A stretch of DNA of 64,000 nucleotides from Piromyces finnis finn (Eukaryota > Fungi > Neocallimastigomycota): positions 372,001 through 436,000 of the forward strand of contig MCFH01000023.1 of assembly GCA_002104945.1 (NCBI GenBank), in the 5' to 3' direction. This document shows positions 12,101 to 22,259 of this stretch, piece after piece. Within the stretch, counting starts at the first letter, position 1, and each line of letters begins with the position of its first letter. The position numbers were made by a program, and so were the translations under genes. The notes beneath the pieces were generated by a model that had not been told where the DNA came from, did not search any database, and worked only from the letters and a program-made list of their open reading frames with translations.

Positions 12101-13657
12101 AAACTCTTTGGAAAGTTCATCTGTAGAAACATTAGGATCGCTGGATTTTGCTGAAAGTATTTGGAATTTATTATGACTGAGAATAGATTCCTTTTCCTCA
12201 ATACATTTTAATCTATTCCATTTCAGAATTTTCTTAGGAACATTAAAGTCATTAGAAAAATCTTCCATAGGAATAATTTTACCATTAATAAGAAGTGGCT
12301 TATGGTCTGATACAGGATAAAAATTATTTATAAATGATCCTGAGTGAATAAGATCTTTCATCTTCGAATTGATAAGAGCATGGTCAATGTCGGAAGATTG
12401 ATCACCTCGAGTCCAAGAGATAGTAGACCCTCTAAGCGGAAGAATTTCCCAATCTCCTAATCCATTAGTTGATAACCAGTTGGATAATTTTACTTTAGAC
12501 ATATTAAAATCACCAACAAGAATCGATGGATGGGATGAATGAGTTTGTAACCACAAGCGAACTTCTAACTTTGCATGATCAACATAGATGTTGTGATGAC
12601 TATGAGGCATATAAACATTACCAATCGAGCATTTGAATCTATTCCAGAGACTAAAAGTATAAATAGAAATAATATACTTTCCAGAGAAGTTTTCAAGTGA
12701 GGCTTGACATGAATTGTGAAAACCTAAATATAAACCTCTCATTCCCGGAACTGATTCGTCAGCTTTCTTGAAAAAGTGTCTATAGTTTCGCAAAGTAACA
12801 CGACAAGGATAATCTGTATTCGATCCAGAACCATTACCAGTTTCTTGGAAACATAAAAATAATGGTTTGAAAATAGCTGTGAAATAGCTAATACTATCTC
12901 TCTTTTCGTGATTCCACCCATTGGTGTTCCAACTAAGACAAAAAGAAAAGTTATCAGGCTTGTTGGATGAGGAAGAATCGTTGCTATTATTATTATTATT
13001 AAAGTCATCGTTATTAATGGATGATGCATCAGAGGAATAAGTAGAACTATTACTAGATGGCTGTGAAACTGAAGAACTATCAACTATTGAACTGTTATCA
13101 GAGTTGATAGAGCTATTAGAATTAATTGTTGAATGTTGAGATTGAAATTGTGTTTGCTGTAGATCTGGAATATTTTCATGATTGGAAACTTGTTGAAGAT
13201 CTTGTTGAAGATCTAGTTGAAGATCGGATTGTTGATGAGATTGTTGAACTGATTGTTGAAATGATTGTTGAATAGAATGTTGATGTTTATTAGAAACTAA
13301 AATTTTACGTTTGAGAGTGGAAAAAGTGTATTTGTGATTCCTTCTACTACGAGCTGAAAAGGAAATTGAGGTAACTGAAAGTTTCTTCTTTAACATGTGT
13401 AAGATTTTAATACAATCTTTCGATGAACCATGAACCTTGACTAAGAAAAAGTGATCATTGAAAGTCTGAAAATATTTAACACTAATAACTGAATTAAATT
13501 TATCTTCTAGAATAACCTCGAGTTTTTCCCATAGCATATTTACTGACCATGATCGAATACCACGGATAAAGAAGGAGCGAATATCATCTAAGGGGATACC
13601 ATAAGACCGGGTACCACGTCTGATATAATTCTTATCTTTAATATAAAGGACTGACAT
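9134..13657 (-). CDS. LINE polyprotein: APE endonuclease + reverse transcriptase + C-terminal CCHC knuckle
   Basis: APE motifs SWNTNG, FQET, VGDFN, DIDH, SDH. RT motifs KKGDLTDCDNYRGISL, FLDLRKAYDSV, GVRQGCPLSP, LFADD. Knuckle C-x2-C-x8-H-x4-C (CPCCKCGVQSIKHWLLDC). Confidence 0.95.
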   Translation of the reverse strand: MSVLYIKDKNYIRRGTRSYGIPLDDIRSFFIRGIRSWSVNMLWEKLEVILEDKFNSVISVKYFQTFNDHFFLVKVHGSSKDCIKILHMLKKKLSVTSISFSARSRRNHKYTFSTLKRKILVSNKHQHSIQQSFQQSVQQSHQQSDLQLDLQQDLQQVSNHENIPDLQQTQFQSQHSTINSNSSINSDNSSIVDSSSVSQPSSNSSTYSSDASSINNDDFNNNNNSNDSSSSNKPDNFSFCLSWNTNGWNHEKRDSISYFTAIFKPLFLCFQETGNGSGSNTDYPCRVTLRNYRHFFKKADESVPGMRGLYLGFHNSCQASLENFSGKYIISIYTFSLWNRFKCSIGNVYMPHSHHNIYVDHAKLEVRLWLQTHSSHPSILVGDFNMSKVKLSNWLSTNGLGDWEILPLRGSTISWTRGDQSSDIDHALINSKMKDLIHSGSFINNFYPVSDHKPLLINGKIIPMEDFSNDFNVPKKILKWNRLKCIEEKESILSHNKFQILSAKSSDPNVSTDELSKEFTSTAFSIADELSITSANNVIKSSFHISQQIFNLQKIKMKLYKRFKKERIYDIDEFIKRIKIYRKLIDYIHKRCNEFRKQEYLHWIKTGCEYMKSHNPKKAWKWIKKTAKIGKDSFFIAQPIKNKNGELVVATEEQLDVWHDHFENLASDPNGVSLDLEHWYEEPTNKRFSLPMLDEWDINQDISIDEVKSAILTTPNYKASGPDGIPIEFYKALVPSSNDSNNATDNNSSGNTTSDNDAHGLNFILKLFNRIWDGDFPNSWNESSIVSIPKKGDLTDCDNYRGISLINNGIKLISKIVTTRISEYGLKNNFIRPEQFGFRKKEESISLFISIQEICRRRQLDNTETYLAFLDLRKAYDSVPIGNILHKLDCLGIRGKSLQFIKNLYLTSKANVKLDGQFSKSFDVKKGVRQGCPLSPILFNLFINDIFRECEDLGVSLGDTRCCGGLFADDIVICAPTRGCLKKMLRRVNEWALYNEMEFGIQKCSTMVIRPESIENQNKRDPTFYLAGQPIPTTDCYTYLGVPFDKNLSLKPVIKALNNKVLKGLFSVSKFLRNPNIPIPFKKLVLNSQVISRVSYFAPLLGSNKARSRIAQKHVNKGIRWVAGVHKAVSFISLYSISKDLNIPPLSAKCALAQVRCFNKWKNSNCIISHLVNYIPKFRKYTWCKSSRTLDKKLKKHGDVKAVKNFYWKDLKGNSIKAQYYDDNKFIETKDFIKLCYEYPEFAYGFYWLLKARSGYKLDARVAKAAKFVDPVCPNYCPCCKCGVQSIKHWLLDCPTFRDIRIKHYDSIVQLLNFFSQRNSNSPINNNEIDNISRDSNNINSNSNNSSNNNSNSNNSNSNNSNNNNNRNNNISNDSNSEDNNSNLDSNLVNDSNSSNNPVNINVYDYSSVYSKIFKFLLGGRSFNNINYNSREWKELCKRQIQSDTNEGTPFLTVTAELLTKIMPFAIGQQWTMFKRFEATSKSVNAEETVRQARRASATNGDHNFVP

Positions 13658-14298
13658 GATAATAAATTCTAATTAAAAAATATTGAATATAAAATAAATA
13701 CTAATAAAAATTACAAATATAACGTATATGGAAAAAAATCTGTCTCTCTCTCTCTTCTTAAAAGTACTGGATAGAACAAAAATTGTTACGATGCTTTGTT
13801 TAAAGTTTCTTTTTTTGAATTCTAGTTGTAAATTTTCTTTAAAAATTCTAGTTTTGGTTTGTTGTTAGTAAATTCGATTCGCTTTTTGACACTAAAATTG
13901 TTTGACTTTACTTTTCATTAAATATTTAAATTGGTAAAAAATTTGAATCAAGAATGTCGACACCAGAAAGCTTGTGAATAGTATTTTTACATGATGTAGA
14001 GTGAATCAGTCTCTTACAAGAAACAATACAACAATAGCTACATGAATATAAAAATACAATGCAAATGCTAAAGTTGACTACATTGGATTCTTACAAGAGA
14101 AGAGTAGTACTACATGAATACATGAATAAAAGAAAAAATACAGCAACAAAATGTATTACTCTTCTAATTAAATACTATACAAACTTACCTGAATATCAAA
14201 CATTCAACTTATTCATCAAATACTCAATTCGATGAATAAAATGTTTTTTAATCGCTCAGTACCATGAGCTTAGTCCTAATAATTTTCCCTTAAAGACT

Positions 14299-14545
14299 AA
14301 CCAAGCATCCATTGCGCAATGCTTGGATTTAATTCTTTCTACTCTCTCAGTACCATGAGCATGAGTAGACCCCCTTGATAAACTCCATTATTAAATAAAT
14401 GAAGGCACGTTCCTAAGAGGGCACCAAGCATCCATTGCGCAATACTTGGATTTAATTCTTTCTACTCTCTCAGTACCATGAGCATGAGTAGACCCCCTTG
14501 AGAAACTACATTTATTAAATAAATGAAGGCACGTTCCCAAGAGGG
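14299..14545 (-). repeat. Two tandem ~124-bp monomers forming the 5' end of LINE copy 1 (putative internal promoter)
   Basis: Units start at 14545 and 14421 (CCCTCTTRGGAACGTGCCTTC...). Each has ATTGCGCAAT (14434..14443, 14311..14320). A third partial GCTCATGGTACTGAGC lies at 14254..14269. Confidence 0.9.
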
Positions 14546-14559
14546 AATTTTTTTTTTTT
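14546..14559. repeat. Right target-site duplication of LINE copy 1
   Basis: AA + T12 directly abuts the element 5' end. On the element sense strand the site reads TTTTT/AAAAAAAAAAAATT. Confidence 0.6.
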
Positions 14560-15211
14560 AAAAATATTATAGAATGTTTTTAATAATTATTGAAATTTAT
14601 TTCACTTTTATTATTGTTAAACTTTTAAAATTAATTATAAAAAAAATAATTTTATATTAATTTTTAATAAATAAAAAAACTAATAAAAATTTATATTATA
14701 AAAATTAAGAATAGAAAAAATACCAAAATTTATTTGAAATATTTTTTTTTTTTAACTGCAAATGATAATTTTATTTATTAATAAAATATTATTAATTTTT
14801 CTTTCTTTCTTTTTTTTTTTTTTGAAATTATAATAGATAATAAAATTATTTTATCTTTATATATTTTTTATGATAAACGAATTAACATTTAAAATATAAA
14901 GTAAAATAGAAAACTAACAAGTATTTGTAAAAACGTTCATTTTTAAAAATTTTTATGTACAAAATAAAAAAAATATATAAACGATAATAACATTTAGTAG
15001 GTTATATAAAATAAAGAAAGCACATAAAAAAAAAAAAATTTTTTTTTCTTATTTACTATTATTGAATTAAAAAATACTAAATTGTAATAAACATTTGTTT
15101 TAATTATTATTCATTAAAATCATTAAATCATTTTTATCTCCACAAATGATTTTTTTTTTTTTCCTTTAATTAGTTACTCTGTATATTTTCATAAAATTTC
15201 ATGTTTTCTTT

Positions 15212-17121
15212 TTAGACTGATACAATTTTCTTTATTAGGAAATAACCATCATGATAAGGTTTATGCGGGAATTTTGATGAGAATTCAAAACCAAGATGTA
15301 AATAAAATGGTACAACATCCTCAAGGGCATAAAGAAGGATATCTTTATTTCTATTTTTAGCAATGTCAGAAATTCTTTCAATTAATAATCTACCAATTCC
15401 AATATTTCTAAATTCCTCTTTTACTGTTATAACCTCTAACCATAAATATTTTTTCATAAAAACATATTCACAAACACCTATGGTTTCATGGAGTTGATTG
15501 AAAAGTGACGGTATTTCTTTTACAAAAAGATCAACTGTCATTCCTTCATCCATACTCCAATCCAAGGATACCTCCATATCCTTATTTAAAAATTCTCTTT
15601 TAATAATATCATTTGCTTGATTAAAAAGCGATTTTAATTCAGGTATGGTTTCAATTTGTGTCTCATTTTGTATAGTAAAAAATTTAAAGATATTGCCTTC
15701 CCATTCTAAAGGATTTAAGAAATAATTGGTGATAGTAATAGATTGATTATCATCGTAAGACAAATTTTCGTTAAATTGCTCGGTAATATTTAAGGCATTT
15801 CCTAAATTTTGTTTATCGTTTGATAATCCCATGATATATACTATATTAATTAATATTAACGATATAATAAATTATTAATAAATTAGATATATAATGATAT
15901 TTGAAATTAAAATATATTTTTTTTTAAAAGTAATAAATGAATAATTTTTAGTTAGTTCAATATAAAATAAAGTTTTATTTATATTATAATTTACTAAATC
16001 TTTCTAATATATTATAATAAAAATGATAATTTTTTTATATATAATCATATAATTAATCATTAACATTAATAATAGTTAATAGAATAAAATTAACATACAA
16101 TCACGATTTGCCCATATCCTTACTTCTCTTGATTTTTTAGTTTGTTTCATATATCTTTTTAAGTGATTTAATCTTGATTTAGCATCGAATTTAAAGCATT
16201 CACGTTGTAATGTTGTGGTAGAAGATGTGACTTTTGTTTTAAATTGAAGTTTTCTTTTGTTTAGTTTTAAATTATTTTCAATTGCTAATTTTGAATTTTC
16301 ATGAAAGTTGTAATAATTTAGTAGTGATTCAGTAAGAGCTGTATAACTATTATTTTGTTCATCTTTAAATTAAAGAAGGATAAACATTTTACTAATGGAT
16401 CCATTATTATTTTTATATTTACAAAATATTTCTATATTATTATTGAAAGATTCATTAATTATTAATATGATATATACTTATACTACTTCTTCTTCTTTGG
16501 TTAATAAACTTTTCTCTTTCTTCTCTATTTTTTTTTTGGTATCTACCCGCAATGTCTTTTTTCTTTTCTTCATTGGTTAAATTACAAAAAGTTAAACGAA
16601 ATCCATTTGAAGACTTATAAAATTGTGGTTTACGAGAAAATACCGAATATTCACCATTTTTAATTTCTGTAGGTGAAACTATTTCATTGATGTTATAAAG
16701 GTATCATTAAAACATACGAATAATGAAAATTCTAAATAAAATATTTTAATTATGATTTTTGAATTTTCTTACCTTCTATATTATCTTCTGACTTTGGAGG
16801 GGTAAAACGAGAATGACTAAAATAGTTTATAATATTTGACTTTGTTTTAATATCTCTTCCAAAATCTTTATAAAATTATTGAACAATATATATATTGTAA
16901 AAATATGAAATTTTAATATAATGTATATAATATAGGTGCTTTTTTTTTTTTTTAACATTTCAAATTCTTTATTTGATTTAAGAAGGGTTTATTTTATTAT
17001 TATTACCCTTATTTCTAAACTTTACGGGTGATGAAGACGTTAAACTAGAAGGTGAAATATAGGCTGAATTTTGACCTTGTATATTAATTGGAATGGGCTC
17101 AGATTTATGAATTGATTCCAT
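15212..17121 (-). CDS. GNAT-family N-acetyltransferase; the GNAT ORF (15212..15832) is probably the last exon of a longer spliced gene
   Basis: GNAT motif A VKEEFRNIGIGRLLI and FYLHLGF. A GTATGT donor at 16098 and an AG acceptor at 15842-15841 join an open exon (..REVRIWANRD) in frame to L-Y-I-M-G-L. Candidate ATG at 17121. Internal exons only partly resolved. Confidence 0.6.
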
Positions 17122-17928
17122 TTTTACAAGAAATTAAGAATGATAATTTAAATGAAAAAAAAATTATAAAATAAAATAATTCTATTTTACACAACAATAA
17201 AATAAATGTGAATATATATATATTATTCAAAATAAATGGATATATGTGGAAATAAAATGGGTTTGGAATTTTATAATTTCAAACTATTTTACATAATAAT
17301 GTGGTTTTATTTAAATAAAAATATAATTATTATAACTATTTCCTTTCTTTTCTTTTTTTTTTAATTAATAGTATATATATATATTTATTGTATTTTGAAG
17401 TATTTTTTTTATATTATATATTTAATTATTATTTATTATCTTTGTAATTAAAATTTCTATGCTTAAGTATTAATAAAAGCTATTATAAATTACTTTTTAA
17501 AATATTCTTTTTTTTTTTTAAGAAATCGAAATTAAAAATTTAAATTCAAAAAGCATTATAAATGAATTCTTTTCTTTCCTTATTTATTTATTTTTTTTAA
17601 AGAAAAAAAAAAAAAACTATTTCTATATTTTAAAGTAACTTTTTATATAATTAAATATTAATTTATGATTTATATTTGAATATTTTATTTCATTATATTT
17701 CTCTTTTTTTTAAAATATTTTTTGTTAATTTTTTAAAATTTTAATTTTTGAGTTTTGGTTTAGTATAATTTATTTAATTATTTTCCATATATTAAAATAA
17801 ATTGTATTTAAATTGCAATATATTATATTAAAGCATGTGTATTATTTATTAATAATTAAAGTTATTAAATTCAAATAAATATCACATTTTTTATATATCA
17901 CAGATAATCTTAATTATAATAAAAAAGG

Positions 17929-17931
17929 AAA

Positions 17932-17994
<63 letters not shown>

Positions 17995-17996
17995 AT
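17929..17996. repeat. (AAAT)n microsatellite
   Basis: Direct read of the sequence. Confidence 0.9.
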
Positions 17997-18336
17997 ATAT
18001 AGAAATAAATAATATTAAATAATAGGGTAATTGATAGAATGATAATATGATATTTAATAATATTAGTTAATATAGTATAAAATATTAGTGATACATATGA
18101 TCAATGATTAATGATCAACGATAATCAAATTATGCCATTTTTATATATGTGAATTATTTTTAATATTTTATCTTATACCATAATTATAAACAAAAAAATA
18201 AGAGAAAATAACTTTAAATGATGCATACTCACTTCTACTGCCCATTGTTAATGATATTAAAAAAAATATTTTTTTTAAATATAAAAAAGTTATATAAAAA
18301 GGTGGCTACATTAGATTGTTAATTCTTAATTATATA

Positions 18337-18409
18337 ACATTTGTCTATACATAATATGTAATATATATAATAAATTAATATATATTACATATTATGTATA
18401 GACAAATGT
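18337..18409. repeat. Perfect 32-bp inverted repeat with 9-nt spacer
   Basis: ACATTTGTCTATACATAATATGTAATATATAT (18337..18368) is the exact reverse complement of 18378..18409. Confidence 0.95.
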
Positions 18410-19093
18410 CAAGTGATTAGAATTACAGTCTTTTATTCATAGGTTCATTATATATAATAAAATATATTAATAATATATTAAAATATATTTAATATAACTT
18501 ATAAAATTAAAAATTTATAACTCTAATTTATAAAACTTTAATTATTATAAAAATTCATATATTAAATATACTATCAAAAAAAAAAAGTAGAATGGATATA
18601 ACATATATCATTTATTTAAATATAATAAAAATAAAAGATGAATTATACCATTTATTTATTTACCTTTCTCTAAAGTACATTAACTACTTGTATATTCTTT
18701 TATGAAAATGATTTATTATATTATGTTATCTTATTATAATTATGAAATTGATGTTGTAAGTATAAAGTTATTTAATATAATTATTAACATTCTATCTTGT
18801 ATTACAACTAGGAATAATATATATATAAATAAATTTATGAAATGTATTTTTTTTTATTTTATATCTACATTACATTATTATATATACATTGTGAATGTGA
18901 ATATGCAATAATATATGAGGTATTCTTTATATTAAAACAATATGTTAAGTAAAAAAAATATTATCATATAGAAATAGTGATGTCTTTTTTTTAACATACA
19001 AATGCCAAGTTATCTGAAAATTTATTAATTTATTATATGTACTAGTTGGAAATTTCTAATAATTATAATGCCAAGTAATTATTTAATATAGGA

Positions 19094-19248
19094 TTTTTTT
19101 ACTACAATATTTTAATATAAAACTTAAAATTATTAATGAATGTAGCTTTATTTTTTTTACTACAATAATATAAAACTTAAAATTATTAATGAATGTAGCT
19201 TTATTTTTTTTACTACAATAATATAAAACTTAAAATTATTAATGAATG
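19094..19248. repeat. 53-bp tandem repeat, about 3 copies, upstream of phosphatase gene 1
   Basis: GAATG anchors at 19138, 19191 and 19244 give a period of 53. Confidence 0.9.
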
Positions 19249-19395
19249 AAAGAAATTAAAAAAAAATATAAAAAGGAAACAATTTCTGTCATTTTAATAT
19301 TTAAAACATCAGTTTATAAAAAATATAATTAAAAGAACGAAATAATAAAAAAAAAATTAACATAATATAACAATAAAATAATATATCTATACAAA

Positions 19396-20112
19396 ATGAA
19401 ATTAGTTTTTAGCCTTGTTATCTTTATAATATCAACCATTAGTATTATTAATGCCAAATTAATAATGGTAATCCGACATGGTGAAAAAATTAATGATGAT
19501 TTAACATATCTTTCACCAAGAGGAGAAGCAAGAGCTTATTGTTTAATCAATGTTTTTGGTAATAATGGTACTTATGCTAAACCACAATTAATTTATGCTC
19601 AAAGTCCAACAGAAAAGAAACAATCTACTAGACCAAGAGATACTGTTGTTCCACTTGCTGATGCTCTCGGATTGAATGTTAATTTATTTTATGCTAGTGG
19701 TCAAATTAAAAAGTTAGTTCAAGATATTAATAAGTCTACAGAGGATGTAGTTCTTATTTCTTGGTCTAACGATAAAATCCCAGAAATTGCTGAAAAGTTT
19801 GGTATCTCTAATCCACCAGATTGGGATAATGATACTTTTGATGAAATTTGGATGATATATAATAGCGCTTCACCATCTTATTTTAACAATAATTCTATTA
19901 CAAAGAGATCCACTTACTATGGTAATGAAGGATATACAATGGAAATTGTCAAACAAAACGTAGATGATTGTATTGCTGAAAATATTTCAAAATTCAAAAC
20001 ATCTAATTCAATCAATAACGGAAATAGTAGTTCTGATGCTTTCCATATTAAAAATAGTTTATATATGATGGCTTTAACTATATTATTTTCCTTTTTTGTA
20101 ATCTATTATTAG
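19396..20112 (+). CDS. Secreted, probably GPI-anchored histidine phosphatase (phosphoglycerate-mutase-like) family protein, paralogue 1
   Basis: Signal peptide, IRHGEK (RHG motif), LSPRGEARA, STRPRDTVVPLA, and an S/N-rich linker before a hydrophobic C-terminus. Intronless. Confidence 0.85.
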   Translation: MKLVFSLVIFIISTISIINAKLIMVIRHGEKINDDLTYLSPRGEARAYCLINVFGNNGTYAKPQLIYAQSPTEKKQSTRPRDTVVPLADALGLNVNLFYASGQIKKLVQDINKSTEDVVLISWSNDKIPEIAEKFGISNPPDWDNDTFDEIWMIYNSASPSYFNNNSITKRSTYYGNEGYTMEIVKQNVDDCIAENISKFKTSNSINNGNSSSDAFHIKNSLYMMALTILFSFFVIYY

Positions 20113-20580
20113 AAATTTTAATATTTATTAAAATGATTCTTTAAAATAAATGCGATATAAAATATATCTATATATACGCAATATATATAAATATTAATAA
20201 TTGTAATTTTTCTTAATATGTAAATTTATGATATGCAAATACTATTTAACATTACTCCTTTCCAATAATGGTACAAATTTTTATTATTGTACTTTTTATA
20301 ATAAGGACATTGTAAAACGAATAAATACAAAATAAACTAATATAATATAAAGAGTTTAATAATAAATCATTTTTTATTATTATTATATCAATTAGTGTTA
20401 TTATTGTTTATATTAAGACAAATTATCTTTTATTAAAATTTTATAAAATTCATTTTTAACTTATTAACTTATTACAATAACTCTATTAAAAAAATAAATA
20501 TATATAAAAAATACGAATGTAAAATAGAATTAATATTTTTGAATTGAATGTATGTACTTTTTAAAAGAGAATATAATATT

Positions 20581-20745
20581 TAATTTATGTTGAAAGTCCA
20601 ACAGAAAAGAAACAATCTAGCAGACAAAAAAGAGAAATTATTATTCCACTTACAGATAGAATGTTAATTTTTCATATATTAATGGTCAAATTAAAAAGTT
20701 AGTTAAAGATATTAATGAACCTACTGAGGTTCTTTTTTCTTGATT
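20581..20745 (+). pseudogene. Degraded internal fragment of the histidine phosphatase gene
   Basis: TAATTTATG..AAAGTCCAACAGAAAAGAAACAATCTA..TTCCACTT..GAATGTTAATTT..GGTCAAATTAAAAAGTTAGTT.AAGATATTAAT aligns to about 19590..19770 with indels. Confidence 0.85.
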
Positions 20746-21800
20746 TAAGGAATTTACGTTAATGAAAACATTCAATATTTATTAAATTATATCATCAAAT
20801 AATCCTTTAAATAATATTCAATGATTCAATTCAATAAAATTTTAGGTCTTTTAAGGACTATTTCTAGTTTAATGACTTATTTTTTTCATTTATATATTAT
20901 TAAAGAAAAGTCATATAAGCTTTAAATTTTTAAATTTGAAAATTGATATTTATTCTTTGTAATTATTATTAGTTATCTCTATTATTAATATTATGAATGA
21001 AAAAATGTTATATTTTGACTCATTCTCATTAATATACACATATATATCATATTAAAAAAAAATATATAAATTAATAACTATAAATGCTATACTAAAATAA
21101 ATGTCATTATTTCTTTTTTTTTTCTTTTTTTTTTTTTTTTTTTTATTAGTAATCATCATTATAAATGAGATATTATTATAAAAATTATGTAATATGATGA
21201 TATAGATATTATTTCTTATTAATAAAAATCTATTATTTGTCTAAATAAGAAATAGAAATAGTTTTGTGCAACTTTTTTTTTTTTTTTTTTTTTTTTTACA
21301 TTTGTACTACTTATATTAATTATAAATTAAAAAAAGAAAAAAAGTTTCAACAATTTTAGATTTTTGGTTTTTATTATCAATATAAATATTTTTATTTAGT
21401 AACAATTATAAACTATTATTTATATTAAAAATAATATCATGATAGTATTTAATAGTTATGGATAATATTTAAAATTTATATAGTAATTATGGATTTTATA
21501 GTTTTTGATAATTATATATAATATATAATTATAAAGTTTATGCTTATATTTTTTAAAAACTATAAAAATAATTTTAATGTTAAATACCTTTTTTTTTTAT
21601 TTTAAAAAAAAAAAAAACCGGAAAATATTGTAAAAGAAAATTTATTGAAATAATAATATTCTTCTTAATTTCTTTTTTTTTTTAGTCGAAGAAAAAAAAT
21701 TAAAAAATATAAAAAGGAAAAATATTAAACTAATTCGAAAAGACTATAAATACAAAATCTTTTATATTTTTTGGTAGAAAAAAAATTAATAATATATAAA

Positions 21801-22259
21801 ATGAAATTCTTTAATATTTTACTTTCATTTCTTGTTTTAGCATTTACTGCTACTTCTATTCCAATTAAAAAGCGCAATGAAGTTCCTGCAAAACCAAATA
21901 TGCCAGGAATGGAAGATTATAAAGATATTAGAAGACGTCATAGAATTTTTGCTAATAAACCAAATATCGATGATGAATTTAATCACAATAGAAATGAAAG
22001 ATTTAGACATCGTCTTGGTTCAAAGTATGAAAATAATGAAAGACTTGCAAAATTTATGGAAAAAGTTAATGAGAGAAAGAAGGGTGCAAATGAAAATGTC
22101 AAATCCCAACTTAGAAAGCGTCATCTTAAAAGAAGCTTTGATTTAGAAGATAGACTTAATTTCTTAAAACAACATCGTAACAGTCAAGGTAGTAATGTAA
22201 AAATTAATAATAAAATTAAAATGGCTGATAGCAGAAAAAGTAGTAGAGGTAAAGAATAA
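21801..22259 (+). CDS. Small secreted basic protein with several dibasic (Kex2-type) sites
   Basis: The ATG at 21801 gives MKFFNILLSFLVLAFTATS (signal peptide), then IKKR, RRR, LRKR and LKR. The ORF-track TTG start at 21771 is not used here. Confidence 0.7.
   Translation: MKFFNILLSFLVLAFTATSIPIKKRNEVPAKPNMPGMEDYKDIRRRHRIFANKPNIDDEFNHNRNERFRHRLGSKYENNERLAKFMEKVNERKKGANENVKSQLRKRHLKRSFDLEDRLNFLKQHRNSQGSNVKINNKIKMADSRKSSRGKE

Larger units (their letters stand above)
8862..14545 (-). mobile_element. Full-length single-ORF non-LTR retrotransposon (LINE, RTE-like by inference), copy 1
   Basis: 5' tandem monomers (14299..14545), a 1507-aa APE-RT-CCHC ORF, a ~240-bp 3' UTR ending GATGCCGTT, a poly(A) tail (T run 8850..8892) and a TSD. 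Near-identical to 48629..54301. Confidence 0.95.

Noticed and set aside
10344-13083. Short ORFs overlapping the LINE ORFs (10344, 11744, 12739; mirrored at 50071, 51138, 52616)
   Set aside because: These are alternative-frame or shadow ORFs, duplicated only because the element is duplicated. No domain evidence.
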